Source: a virus (lineage: Duplodnaviria > Caudoviricetes). From it: DNA of 59,990 nt. The translations under genes and the position numbers were made by a program. Shown in pieces: positions 27,933-38,078 of the stretch. The notes beneath the pieces are model-generated. The model saw only the letters and a list, made by a program, of their open reading frames with translations, did not search any database and had not been told where the DNA came from. The stretch's first letter is position 1. Each line of letters begins with the position of its first letter. Location: positions 1-59,990 of IMG/VR virus record IMGVR_UViG_3300047095_000623; one strand, 5' to 3'.

Positions 27933-29429
27933 TTATTTAACCCCAATTTGTTTAGTTTTACGCATAAGCTGATCAGCACTTGGCTCGCGGCCAGCTAGTA
28001 ACTCTTCCGCCACATAGTCTTGTAACTTCGGAAGGATCGTCCCGATTCGCGGCTTATCAGTAGCCAGCACAGGGAACCATGTCATTAGGATATTACCATT
28101 GATATGCTGTGATATCCGCTTCTTAAGCTCGTCTCCACCACCGGGAATAACATTAAGCTTATCTTCAGCGCGTTTGATTTTGGCTTCAAAACTTTCCGCC
28201 CCGAACGCCCCTTTAAAGAACTGCGGACCACGGGACGCTTCGTCACAATACCCCACCGCCTTCACGGTTTCCCAAGACGGATCGTGTATGATCCGTCTCA
28301 GGGTTTTAATGTTTAGTTCGTCCAGCTTATGTATAAGCATGTGTCTCGACACCGCCATTAGAATGTTGCGCTTGTCGATCTGAGTCAGATGGGCAAACCG
28401 CAGTCTCTTAAAGACGTTTTCCACAATAGGAACTCCCGCATCCTCATGCCCGTAATAAGTGGAGTGTCCGTTTTTGCTTCCGCGTGTAACAGCTTTCCCG
28501 AAGTCGTGGAACATTACCGCAAGATTGATCACCGGATCGTTATATGGAGACACCTTCAAACATTCATGGATATGCCCGAGAACGGTAGACCCTCCTTCAG
28601 GGTGACACTTTGGGTCGTGAGTATACCCTGTCATTTGGATAAACTCCGGTAGAATATCATCCAATATTTCCGCGTCCTGTAATTTCTGTAGAAAATTGGA
28701 TAAAGTCTTTCCACTCTTGGCGGCTTTATATAATTCCTGTGAAATGCTTTCTTGTGAGATCAGCTCCGGGTTCCGTAGAAGATGTTTCAGATCTATGGCG
28801 GCTTGAAGAGTTTCCGGTTCTATCTCAAAGTCCATCTTAGCCGCAAATCGGAACACCCGAAGTATCCGGGTCGCGTCTTCCTTGAATCTTTCCTTAGCGT
28901 TTCCAACCGCCCTCACTATCTTATTCTGAAGATCTTTCAGCCCTCCCTGATAGTCCACAATCTTACCAGTATAATCCAGCCCGAAACTGTTGATGGTAAT
29001 ATCCCGTCTCTTCGTATCCGTTTCAAAGCTGTCAACTTCTGTGGAGACGTTTTGCTGTCTCCCCATTTGTGTCTGAGAGTCTTCCCTAAACTTCGCCAGA
29101 TCGTACGCGTAGTTGTTGTGTAGAATAGTGTAGACTGGTTGGGAATCATCCTTGCTGATATTCCGCAACTCCCAGTACTGGGACAAGCCTGTAAATGGAA
29201 TATTGGTAGCCATGTCAACATCGTCGATCTTGTTGCCCATCAGTAAATCCCGGGGAACTCCCCCCACGATGTAAATCTCCCCGGATGGAAACTTGCCATG
29301 TATCTCTTTCATGAGATCCAACGCCACTCGTAACTCCTCTGAAGAGGACACCGCATGTTCCCACTTGGCGGGAAAATCCTCCAAACTGTAGTTTATGCTT
29401 TCTGTGAAAAAGTTGATAAATGACTTCAT
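27933..29429 (-). CDS. cca: tRNA nucleotidyltransferase (CCA-adding, class II) with HD domain
   Basis: YIVGGVPRD, DDVDMAT, RRDITINS, EDATRILRVFRF, HPEG..H, MFHDFGK. Confidence 0.92.
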   Translation of the reverse strand: MKSFINFFTESINYSLEDFPAKWEHAVSSSEELRVALDLMKEIHGKFPSGEIYIVGGVPRDLLMGNKIDDVDMATNIPFTGLSQYWELRNISKDDSQPVYTILHNNYAYDLAKFREDSQTQMGRQQNVSTEVDSFETDTKRRDITINSFGLDYTGKIVDYQGGLKDLQNKIVRAVGNAKERFKEDATRILRVFRFAAKMDFEIEPETLQAAIDLKHLLRNPELISQESISQELYKAAKSGKTLSNFLQKLQDAEILDDILPEFIQMTGYTHDPKCHPEGGSTVLGHIHECLKVSPYNDPVINLAVMFHDFGKAVTRGSKNGHSTYYGHEDAGVPIVENVFKRLRFAHLTQIDKRNILMAVSRHMLIHKLDELNIKTLRRIIHDPSWETVKAVGYCDEASRGPQFFKGAFGAESFEAKIKRAEDKLNVIPGGGDELKKRISQHINGNILMTWFPVLATDKPRIGTILPKLQDYVAEELLAGREPSADQLMRKTKQIGVK

Positions 29430-29992
29430 AATAGCTGCGCGTATTCTTTATTGATATAGTGACGGAAGTCTGATAAGGAGTTCATGTTATGGCATTGGTC
29501 AAATGCCCGCATTAAATCGAAGGAGTTTTCAAACTTGGATAAGATTATCTCTTGGGTATTATGGGTGGTATTGTTTATACGATCTACCACGTAGAATATT
29601 TGTTTGGTTGTTTCCGCGTGTTCCAGCTCGATCACCCATTGGGCCAGATCGATCCATCGGGTATTCAAGCGGTTCATATCGGAACGGAACGTCTTTTGCA
29701 TTTGAGCGTGTAACTCCTCTGGCGACATCCCTCCGTCTGACAGGGCGAAGTCAGGAGTAACTCTACCACGGGACTTGTACTTTGTCAACTGCTGGTAGAG
29801 CAGGGTTTTAAACACCCGTAAGTACGTCTTTTTAATATTCATCGCGAACTCCTCGACCAAGAACGAGGAGAATTGGTCCAAGCTACGGGTCTGTGAAAGA
29901 GTATACAAGAAGTAGAAGTTGTATATCGTTTTTGGAGATAATACGACTGCCGAGGGAAACTGACTCTCGAAGAAGATAAAAAACGATTGCAT
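29426..29992 (-). CDS. hypothetical late protein
   Basis: TAAATA-N5-ATG; DRINNTTHN motif. Confidence 0.7.
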   Translation of the reverse strand: MQSFFIFFESQFPSAVVLSPKTIYNFYFLYTLSQTRSLDQFSSFLVEEFAMNIKKTYLRVFKTLLYQQLTKYKSRGRVTPDFALSDGGMSPEELHAQMQKTFRSDMNRLNTRWIDLAQWVIELEHAETTKQIFYVVDRINNTTHNTQEIILSKFENSFDLMRAFDQCHNMNSLSDFRHYINKEYAQLL

Positions 29993-30028
29993 ACCTATAT
30001 TTACCACTTCTTTATGTTAAATATAGAC

Positions 30029-33000
30029 ATGCGCTTCGAAAATCTGATAAGCCGAATCAGCCCTACTCTTTTATTAGAAAGGTATTATAAATATGCGTTT
30101 CCGGCAGATCCGGAGAAACAGATGTATGACTTTTACGTTTTAGATTACCTTAAAACCATTCTAGCCTACCCCCCGGACAACTTTAGAGACCTTCCAACGG
30201 ATTTGGAAGATAGTGTCAACGACACGATAAAGATGTTGTACCCAACCCTTCGGGATGAGTTATTGGACGCGGTTTATTATGCGGTGGTCTCCGAACTCCG
30301 ACATGTGGAGGCGAACTCTATAAATCGAAAGCATAAGTTCGACGAACCTATTCATGCGAAACTACTCAAATCATACTTGAAGTACATGATCTACCATTCC
30401 ACCACTAACATTCCTGCGGAGTGGGATATATTAGGAGTGCGGAAACCGGAAACTTCAGAAGAACCTCCTTCCAGCGAAGCTTCCGAATCTGACCAAGTAT
30501 CACGAAACCAATCATTCAAAGCATCCAAATACGCTATAAAAGCGAACTCCGCTTCTATAAAACAGTTTGTGGAGATGTGTGAGATACTACAAGACCATGG
30601 AGTATGGGATTCCGGTTACGGTGGATATAAATGGGCGGATATATGTAGAGGATGGTTATTGTTATGGGAAAGCGATGAAATAAGCGTAGCGGGCGACTCA
30701 AGTTCGTCCTCTTCTTCGGATTCATCTAAAGAAACAAAAGAAAGTGATGGTTCCTCCTCTGAAGATCCTAAAAGAAGGGCCAAACTTTCCAGCGCGAAAG
30801 CTCCTTCCTTTTATAAAAAGTCCAATAAAAAGAAAAAAAGTGGTAAAGTTCCCATGGCGGTGGCCATAGACCATGTGTATGACTTACAACACAACAAAGA
30901 TACGGTTTTCAACAAACTGAAGAGGTATTATCAGGATGGTATGGGATATGCGTGGATCGTCAACGCCTTGGATTTCAAGGCCAATATTCAAAGCTACCAC
31001 GATCTACTGGAAAACGCATCCGGTACGGTCAAGTCCATGGCAATGCCTATTCTATACAATCGTCTTGGACAAACATGGGAGAAACACATATCCACGGAAA
31101 CTCCGATGACAGATCAGATAGACTCCCGCTATGATAAGATTTCCCCGGGGTCATACACCACGGGTGAATTGGAAAAATTGATTGTAGATCCGAATATTTT
31201 TGTAACTCCTAGAACCAGTAGCCCGGAGCAGCGTACCGCTGGTAAACCCTACAAGATTTATAAACTGGCCACGCGCCATGGTTCCCGTGGGTTTGTTATA
31301 AAAGGAGATAATGGCAAACCCGCGTTCATATATGTTGGCGACATGTGGTTGTTGAAACCAAAGTCGTCTGAAGATTGGGACGAAGACCAACGCGAAGACG
31401 GAGCATCTACGCCGTCTTCGGATAACACCCCCGCCATATTCAAGCCCGGAGATATGATCGAATGTGTAACCGCAGGAGGAACCAAAACACATGTTGGAGG
31501 AACATATAGTGTTAAGGCTGTCGGGTATACCCTCGTACAAATAATCGCAGATGACGGTCTTCCATACTGGGCCAATAAGAATCGATTTGAACTGGTAGAT
31601 TCAGAGGACGAACCTACGATCACAAAATTAGGTTCTCCCGCCCCGGATAAATCAAAAACTCTTAAACTTTACCCCGGAGATATGGTTAAACTGAAGGGAA
31701 ATTATTTTCACTCAATACATCCACACGAAATTTATAAGGTTTATAAGGTAGAGTATGACTATATAGCACACGCTGACGTGGTGACTTTACTACACCCTCC
31801 GTCATATCAGCCTACCGGAGGACAACTGGACTTACAAACCTACAACTCGGGATACTTCGTGTTGGTTAAAAAAGGAGATGATGAAGACGGCGGTGAACCA
31901 TTACCTGCCGAACTCAAAGTAGGAGACTGGGTGAAATGTCTAAAAGCGGAAAGCCCTACCGGATATAAGTATGAGTATATAGCAGTCGGTAAATCTTATG
32001 AGATAGTGGACACGGGCGACGATGGACTCCGTATAAAGGTTCTCACAAAAAAGGGTTTGTATTGGTATGACATGAACCTTTTCGAGGCAGACCCGAACGC
32101 TACCGTATATCCCCAGAAGACACCCGACCAACCAAGGGATTCCTCTAGTAAGTACCCATTTAAAATAGGGGATATGGTTAAATGTGTGGAGGACACCGAC
32201 GATTCTGGAGACCAGTATCAATATATAAAAATCGGGGGGGTTTATCAAGTGGTAAATCTAACTACCAGCTATGATAACGAGCTTCGTGTTATGGTCAATA
32301 CCCCAGAGGGGGACTTTTTCTACCCCATTAAAAAGTTTGAATTGGCGACTCCTAAAAAACCAAAAACTAGGTTTAGAAAGGGGGATATGGTCAAATGTGT
32401 GAAAGACACCTCTCCCAGCGGAACGAAGTTCCATTTTATAAAGCTCGGGGATATTTGTGAAGTATTGAAACTCGTAGATTTTGGCGATGAACTACGGCTC
32501 AGAGTCCAAACCAAGCACGGAGCCTATACATATGAACCAGACGTCTTCGAACCAGTACCCCCGGAAGAACCGAAGGGGGCGACTCCCGAAAACGATGAGA
32601 TCCAAATAGGAGATTGGGTTAAACTAACCGAACACATACCCGGAAACGCCGTTACCATAGGTTTTAACTACATGGTTAAAAACATGGGTGTGAATTGGGT
32701 GGGTTTTTACGATGATAACAACAATCCGGTTTCGGAGGACAAGAGTCTTGTTAAAAAAGTGGTCTTTAACATAGGAGACATGGTTAAGGTGGAGCGTACT
32801 CTTCCCAATAAGAGCGCGATTACCGGAGTGGAATACGAAATAACGGAAGTGGGGGATGAGTTGGTGGCGATGAGCAGCGCCGATAAGCAGGTAATAACCA
32901 CATATCCCAAAAAGTTTATTACTCCCGTTGGGTTTTATCCAACTACCCAAAAGGAGACACCAAAACCTGTCAAGGGCAACCGTCCTACGCAGAAGGATCT

Positions 33001-33634
33001 TCTAAACAAAACCTCCAAATTCAAAGTGGGAGACATGGTGAAGATAGCTCCAAATACTCCACACGCCTATAATTTTAAACAACCGCCGTATAAGATTGAA
33101 GAGGTCAAGCCCGGAGAATACCACACCCTATACAGACTCAAGGACGATCTAGGAAATATACGTTCATTTGGCGGGAATGAATTGATACCCGCCCAGACGA
33201 AAAAGACCCGTCCGAAGGGCAAGTTTAAGATAGGCGACATGGTGATGGTAGATGAGAGCATCCCCCTTGATACCATAGACAACAAGAAAGCGTATAAAAT
33301 CAAAAATGCTTACATTGACAAGCAGGGGAACTATTACTCCTATGTAATTGTAAACAACTATGGTAACAACATGGCGTTCGCGGAAGACGAACTATTACCC
33401 GCCAAGCGGGAAAAGACAACCCCTAAAACCGATTTCAAAGTGGGTGATTTTGTGAAGGTAAAACCGGGAGTCAATATCAAATCAGTAGATCCGACCAAAA
33501 CGTATAAAATCAAGTCAACCGATACCGACCAATCCGGCTACACCGTTTATATAATTTTCGACGATGATGGAAACGACATGTGGCTACGTCCAGACGAGTT
33601 AAAACTTGTGGGTTACGAGGACATCAAGATTTAA
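30029..33634 (+). CDS. large protein with about 10 SH3/KOW-like F(K)xGDxVK repeats
   Basis: FKPGDMIE, LYPGDMVK, LKVGDWVK, FKIGDMVK, FRKGDMVK, IQIGDWVK, FNIGDMVK, FKVGDMVK, FKIGDMVM, FKVGDFVK. Confidence 0.8.
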   Translation: MRFENLISRISPTLLLERYYKYAFPADPEKQMYDFYVLDYLKTILAYPPDNFRDLPTDLEDSVNDTIKMLYPTLRDELLDAVYYAVVSELRHVEANSINRKHKFDEPIHAKLLKSYLKYMIYHSTTNIPAEWDILGVRKPETSEEPPSSEASESDQVSRNQSFKASKYAIKANSASIKQFVEMCEILQDHGVWDSGYGGYKWADICRGWLLLWESDEISVAGDSSSSSSSDSSKETKESDGSSSEDPKRRAKLSSAKAPSFYKKSNKKKKSGKVPMAVAIDHVYDLQHNKDTVFNKLKRYYQDGMGYAWIVNALDFKANIQSYHDLLENASGTVKSMAMPILYNRLGQTWEKHISTETPMTDQIDSRYDKISPGSYTTGELEKLIVDPNIFVTPRTSSPEQRTAGKPYKIYKLATRHGSRGFVIKGDNGKPAFIYVGDMWLLKPKSSEDWDEDQREDGASTPSSDNTPAIFKPGDMIECVTAGGTKTHVGGTYSVKAVGYTLVQIIADDGLPYWANKNRFELVDSEDEPTITKLGSPAPDKSKTLKLYPGDMVKLKGNYFHSIHPHEIYKVYKVEYDYIAHADVVTLLHPPSYQPTGGQLDLQTYNSGYFVLVKKGDDEDGGEPLPAELKVGDWVKCLKAESPTGYKYEYIAVGKSYEIVDTGDDGLRIKVLTKKGLYWYDMNLFEADPNATVYPQKTPDQPRDSSSKYPFKIGDMVKCVEDTDDSGDQYQYIKIGGVYQVVNLTTSYDNELRVMVNTPEGDFFYPIKKFELATPKKPKTRFRKGDMVKCVKDTSPSGTKFHFIKLGDICEVLKLVDFGDELRLRVQTKHGAYTYEPDVFEPVPPEEPKGATPENDEIQIGDWVKLTEHIPGNAVTIGFNYMVKNMGVNWVGFYDDNNNPVSEDKSLVKKVVFNIGDMVKVERTLPNKSAITGVEYEITEVGDELVAMSSADKQVITTYPKKFITPVGFYPTTQKETPKPVKGNRPTQKDLLNKTSKFKVGDMVKIAPNTPHAYNFKQPPYKIEEVKPGEYHTLYRLKDDLGNIRSFGGNELIPAQTKKTRPKGKFKIGDMVMVDESIPLDTIDNKKAYKIKNAYIDKQGNYYSYVIVNNYGNNMAFAEDELLPAKREKTTPKTDFKVGDFVKVKPGVNIKSVDPTKTYKIKSTDTDQSGYTVYIIFDDDGNDMWLRPDELKLVGYEDIKI

Positions 33635-35733
33635 CGATCCATGTATTTGTCGAAAACCCGTATATATCCCTCTATGTTCGATACGCGGAAGGCGTGGTAG
33701 AACTGGGTTCTTATATCACCGGATAAGTTGGTCATGCACTTCATATATACATGAAGGTACAAGAGCTTGCGAATATCCTCCATATGGGCGTCAAGAAAAT
33801 CGATTATCTGGAAGGTGATATCCGTGTAATCGGTTGGATAGAACTCAAGGGTTGTTGATAAATAGTGTGCATTAAGACTGGTAGCCGCTTCCACCACTCC
33901 CGATATACCAAAGGGGAATGAGCGTATTCGCGATTGTTCCTCGTTATAGGATTCGAAGAATCCGTCAAACGTGGTCTGTCCGTCCGATGCGGGAACGATC
34001 CGCATGTTGTCTATCACATAATTCCTCAGTACCATACGGAAGTTGAACCAATTTGGAGGGAATGAATACGTACCAGTGGAGACGGCGGGGGGAAATTCCG
34101 TACCCTTATTGGCGAGAGTCAACATCGTGCCAAGACTGAAGATCTTTCTGCCACTGGAGTTGTCAAGACTTATATATTCCCACTCGTCATCATCCGCCAA
34201 TCGGTATCTATCGTAATCGGTCGGGGAACTGTATTCTTTGAGGAGCGTATCCACCGACATCTGTAAATTCTCATACCCGTCATGCACCTCCTCCATACCA
34301 TCCGCGACGGAATCGAACTCATCCGTGTTGGAGGAGGAGTTATCCCCGTTCATGTTGAAGTAAAATTGTATATATTCATCCCGAATTTCAAACGCTTCCA
34401 GAAACAGATCACGCGCGCCGAACAGGTTTTCGAAGGCTGTCGTCATATCCACATATGCCTCCCCCTTCGACTTGTCGGTGTTGTTCATACGTACCAATCC
34501 CCAGAGAGCGGGATCGTTCGTATGGATCGGGAACCGGACGAACGCTTCGATTGTGTAGTACGGCGGGCCGTCCAGCTCTAGATCATAATCCAGAGACATG
34601 AATCTTTCGGGAGATGCGGTTCGGCGGTGATAGGTTATTTTACGACTATACAACTCCTCGCTCATCTGGTCGTATATATCCTGATTCGGGTCCGTGGTCA
34701 AATCGGTCATAAAGTTCAGTGCATTTGAACTATCGCCATAGCTTCCAAAGGGAACATCCGCTCGCATTATAAAATCCTGATATTCCGGGTCGTTGTCGGA
34801 CACGTCGAAATACTTCGAAAGCATCGAACTGATAAATGACCCGCCATCCACGTATGCCGCCCCGATCCTTTGCCATCCGCTTTCCGTATTGAATATCTTC
34901 TTCGCTTTCTCTAGGGTGAAGTCCGGTTGCTTCTCCTGTAGAAAGTTCTGTAAGGTGGGATAGAACTCCGATGAAACATCGTTTCCATAAACCCTCACTT
35001 CGGGGAGCGCCACCTCCTCCTTATAATCCCCCGACACGAAACGCCGAAGTCTTATACGCGCCTCCGGGTGGTCGATTCCCCACACCCTTCTATCATCATC
35101 CGAAAAAAGCTCGTCCGTTTGGAAATCCTCCGACTCCGTATCAATATCCTTAAGCGATTCCGTCTCCACAAGATACGCTATCGCTCCCCCCACAACCGCA
35201 TCCGTAAGGGCGTTGTAAAACAACTCCCGATCCCGCGCATGACACGAATAATTCGTATGATATGTATCCGACATACGTACCACGTCAATCGGGGACCGTG
35301 TAAGTATGATGGTGTACTTATGTGTCTCCATCGCCTTTTTAAGTTCCACTCCGATGGTGTCCTTATACTTCGCGAACCAGTTGAGATAAAAGTTCCTATC
35401 CTCGTTCGACACCTTCATCCTGTGTATCAATTTACCGATTCCTATCTCCTGTGTCTTCGTCTCCCCCTTACCATATTTCGGATCAAGATGGGTTGTAATA
35501 AGAGCGGTCAGGTTATCCGGGTTGAACTTATATAAATTGGGAACGGTTTTCAGGGCATTTAGAAATCTCTCCGCGCCACGGTCTTTCAGAATCGGTATCA
35601 CAATCCGCCACTTATCCCCGAATATATGATCAAACGCGGGATCTTCGAACTCATAATTGATATGGTTGATCACTTCATGATCCATCTCTTGTAATAGAAC
35701 GGATTCATATAGGGCGGCAATCGGGTCAGGCAT
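33631..35733 (-). CDS. large hypothetical late protein
   Basis: TAAATA-N5-ATG; RSPIDVVRMSD..SCH. Confidence 0.75.
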   Translation of the reverse strand: MPDPIAALYESVLLQEMDHEVINHINYEFEDPAFDHIFGDKWRIVIPILKDRGAERFLNALKTVPNLYKFNPDNLTALITTHLDPKYGKGETKTQEIGIGKLIHRMKVSNEDRNFYLNWFAKYKDTIGVELKKAMETHKYTIILTRSPIDVVRMSDTYHTNYSCHARDRELFYNALTDAVVGGAIAYLVETESLKDIDTESEDFQTDELFSDDDRRVWGIDHPEARIRLRRFVSGDYKEEVALPEVRVYGNDVSSEFYPTLQNFLQEKQPDFTLEKAKKIFNTESGWQRIGAAYVDGGSFISSMLSKYFDVSDNDPEYQDFIMRADVPFGSYGDSSNALNFMTDLTTDPNQDIYDQMSEELYSRKITYHRRTASPERFMSLDYDLELDGPPYYTIEAFVRFPIHTNDPALWGLVRMNNTDKSKGEAYVDMTTAFENLFGARDLFLEAFEIRDEYIQFYFNMNGDNSSSNTDEFDSVADGMEEVHDGYENLQMSVDTLLKEYSSPTDYDRYRLADDDEWEYISLDNSSGRKIFSLGTMLTLANKGTEFPPAVSTGTYSFPPNWFNFRMVLRNYVIDNMRIVPASDGQTTFDGFFESYNEEQSRIRSFPFGISGVVEAATSLNAHYLSTTLEFYPTDYTDITFQIIDFLDAHMEDIRKLLYLHVYMKCMTNLSGDIRTQFYHAFRVSNIEGYIRVFDKYMDR

Positions 35734-35805
35734 ACCAGTATTTAATAACAAATTATCTTCTTGCAACCCGCCCTTGACAAACCCGAGGGGCATGGTATAC
35801 TACAA

Positions 35806-36390
35806 ATGATTATGGACAGCGACAAGACAGACAGACCGAAAATATCCTATAGACAACAGGGAATTGACAGAATTGAGGAGGAGCGGACCCGCCAATTTGA
35901 GAAATGGGGAAAACAGGACCACGATATGATGACATGGTTGGCGATTCTTCACGAAGAAACGGGAGAACTGGCGCAAGCCTGTCTTCATAATAAGTTCGGA
36001 GGACCAGCGGAAGGCAATATACTGGAGGAAGCGGTGCAGGTTGCCGCAGTCGGTCTACAGATCGTGGAGTTTATTCTGGAACAGGAGGATATAGAACGTG
36101 CCGAAAGACGGGAGAAATTAAAAGATACAAGGTTCGCGGACTGGTGTCAGAAGGTACAAGATGAGGACGCGGAATCAGGGGTATGTGGAATCGTCCGAGA
36201 CATACAGGAAAACTCAGAGAAGTGGGAAGAAGAGGTGGCGGCGAATGAGAAGGAAATCGCGAAACAATTACAGGATAATATAAACGGCCAGATAGAAAAG
36301 GCGATTCTTAGTGGACTTTTAGACGGCTGGGATCGGGATCGTGGGATGGAATACGAGCAGGGGGTTAGGAGAAATTGGGGGTGGTCTTGA
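35806..36390 (+). CDS. MazG-like dimeric dUTPase/NTP-PPase domain protein
   Basis: ERTRQFEKWG..ILHEETGELAQA..EEAVQVAAV. Confidence 0.7.
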   Translation: MIMDSDKTDRPKISYRQQGIDRIEEERTRQFEKWGKQDHDMMTWLAILHEETGELAQACLHNKFGGPAEGNILEEAVQVAAVGLQIVEFILEQEDIERAERREKLKDTRFADWCQKVQDEDAESGVCGIVRDIQENSEKWEEEVAANEKEIAKQLQDNINGQIEKAILSGLLDGWDRDRGMEYEQGVRRNWGWS

Positions 36391-36397
36391 ACAGGTC

Positions 36398-36600
36398 GGG
36401 CGGAAAATTCGGGAAAAACTTATAGGAAAAACTTATAGGGAAAATCGGGAATTTTTGAAAAAAATATTTTTGGAGACATGGCCGCCCCCCCTACCCCCCA
36501 AGCCACCCCCCTCTAACCAAATCCTAACAGGTCTCTATCAGCTAACTAACAGTTAGCAGTAGCAGAAACCTATCAGGAAACTAGCAGATATCTATCAGGT
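36398..36600. repeat. non-coding repeat-rich junction
   Basis: GGAAAAACTTATA x2, C-runs, CTA(A/T)CAG x5. Confidence 0.55.
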
Positions 36601-36693
36601 GGCCTGTCCGGGTGCGGCCCCCGCCCCCCATCACAGATGGCGGGGACCATCCTACGTCATCGCGTAGGATACCCGAACAATCACCAATCAGAT

Positions 36694-36924
36694 TCAGAAT
36701 AAGATGTCGCGTTTAAGTTCGCGGGCTTGCACCGTGAACTGCAACGCTTTGAGGCGATGAACTTCACGCATGGCTTGACGGTGGCGGATCGCAAGGATCT
36801 GGCCAACCGTTCCCATCAAAGATGCGAACGCGGTGCAGTTGCGGGCTTGCGCCATTTGATCCTCAAGATCCATGGTGCGATGGGTGGCGGCATCAAGACG
36901 GTCATTCAATTGGTGGTCAGGCAT
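36694..36924 (-). CDS. hypothetical protein
   Basis: ORF behind TAAACACTAC-type promoter. Confidence 0.5.
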   Translation of the reverse strand: MPDHQLNDRLDAATHRTMDLEDQMAQARNCTAFASLMGTVGQILAIRHRQAMREVHRLKALQFTVQARELKRDILF

Positions 36925-37016
36925 GGCTTGATTCTATTGTAGTGTTTAATTGTGGTTTCGACTTAAACAAGGCGGGCGCGAGAAAATCATATTCTCGCGC
37001 CCGCCGCAGGGATGAC

Positions 37017-37361
37017 TTAGCTACGCGCGAAGCGGGTCGTGACGCCGTTCAACTTCATCCAGCGATAGAGCGCGGCCATCACTTGGGGACTGTCGCCGTA
37101 GTGCTTACGGATCAACCCGTCACGTTTGAACAGGGTTTCAGCGATGATGCGCGTGGAACTATGCTTTGCGCTCCGCTTGATGAATTGGAAGTGTGGCGCA
37201 AAGTAGCGATCAATTCCATTCTTGCGGGTCTTGGCGGTGATCACGGTCAACCCATCATTCAGATCCATCAACGGAGTGCGCTTGACGGGTTGCGCGGGAG
37301 TGTGGGCGAGTGCGTATGCGATGGCATTGGCGATGATGGTGGCGAGTGCGATTTGTTTCAT
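37017..37361 (-). CDS. hypothetical protein
   Basis: ORF behind TAAACACTAA-type promoter. Confidence 0.55.
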   Translation of the reverse strand: MKQIALATIIANAIAYALAHTPAQPVKRTPLMDLNDGLTVITAKTRKNGIDRYFAPHFQFIKRSAKHSSTRIIAETLFKRDGLIRKHYGDSPQVMAALYRWMKLNGVTTRFARS

Positions 37362-37484
37362 GGTAGGGATATTTTAGGTTAGTGTTTAATCACGCCGTTC
37401 GGGGCGGTACTGACAATAGGGCGGGGAAGTCATGGAACCTCCCCGCCAAGGTTGGGCGGGGGAATCACCCCCGCCCGCCAGATT

Positions 37485-37940
37485 TTACTTCAACCCGAGC
37501 GCCTGAAGCTTGGCTTGAATCCTGGCCATTTGTGCCCGGAGAACCGCTGGGTCGTTGTAGTCAATTTTTGCGGGTTTCGTTGGGCGAAGTGCGAAAGTGC
37601 GCTTCATTTCCAGATCAAGATGGTCGATCAAGTCATAAATGACCTTCCCATCTTCGTCACGCTCCCAATCGGTACCCTCTTCGTTTATGCGGGCGCGGTC
37701 TTCGTAACGGCGATTCTTCACGACGTGCAAGCACGCTCCGATGAACTCCTTTTCAGTGGCGGCGTATTCTTTTGTCGCGCCCGCTCCGATGAATTGTTCA
37801 CGCATCGCGGTGATTTCCGCTTTGTCGGCTTTGCTAACGCCAACAATTGCGTTGTCGCTCTTATTCTCAACCACGACGGGCGCGGTGGTTTCGGTTTCGG
37901 TGGTGGTGGTCATGGTTTCGATTGTGTTGGTTTCGGACAT
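37485..37940 (-). CDS. hypothetical protein (C-terminal helix shared with 57590..57970)
   Basis: ARIQAKLQALG vs AKVQAKLAAQG. Confidence 0.65.
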   Translation of the reverse strand: MSETNTIETMTTTTETETTAPVVVENKSDNAIVGVSKADKAEITAMREQFIGAGATKEYAATEKEFIGACLHVVKNRRYEDRARINEEGTDWERDEDGKVIYDLIDHLDLEMKRTFALRPTKPAKIDYNDPAVLRAQMARIQAKLQALGLK

Positions 37941-38078
37941 GGCGTTATTCTGTTCTAGTGTTTTATGCTGGTTTCGGTTCTTGGTTTAGTGACATGCGCC
38001 CATCATGGTCGCGATATCGTGGACTATATCAGACGGGGCGTCTACGCTTATCATTAGTATCATGCCCCGCCATTCTAT

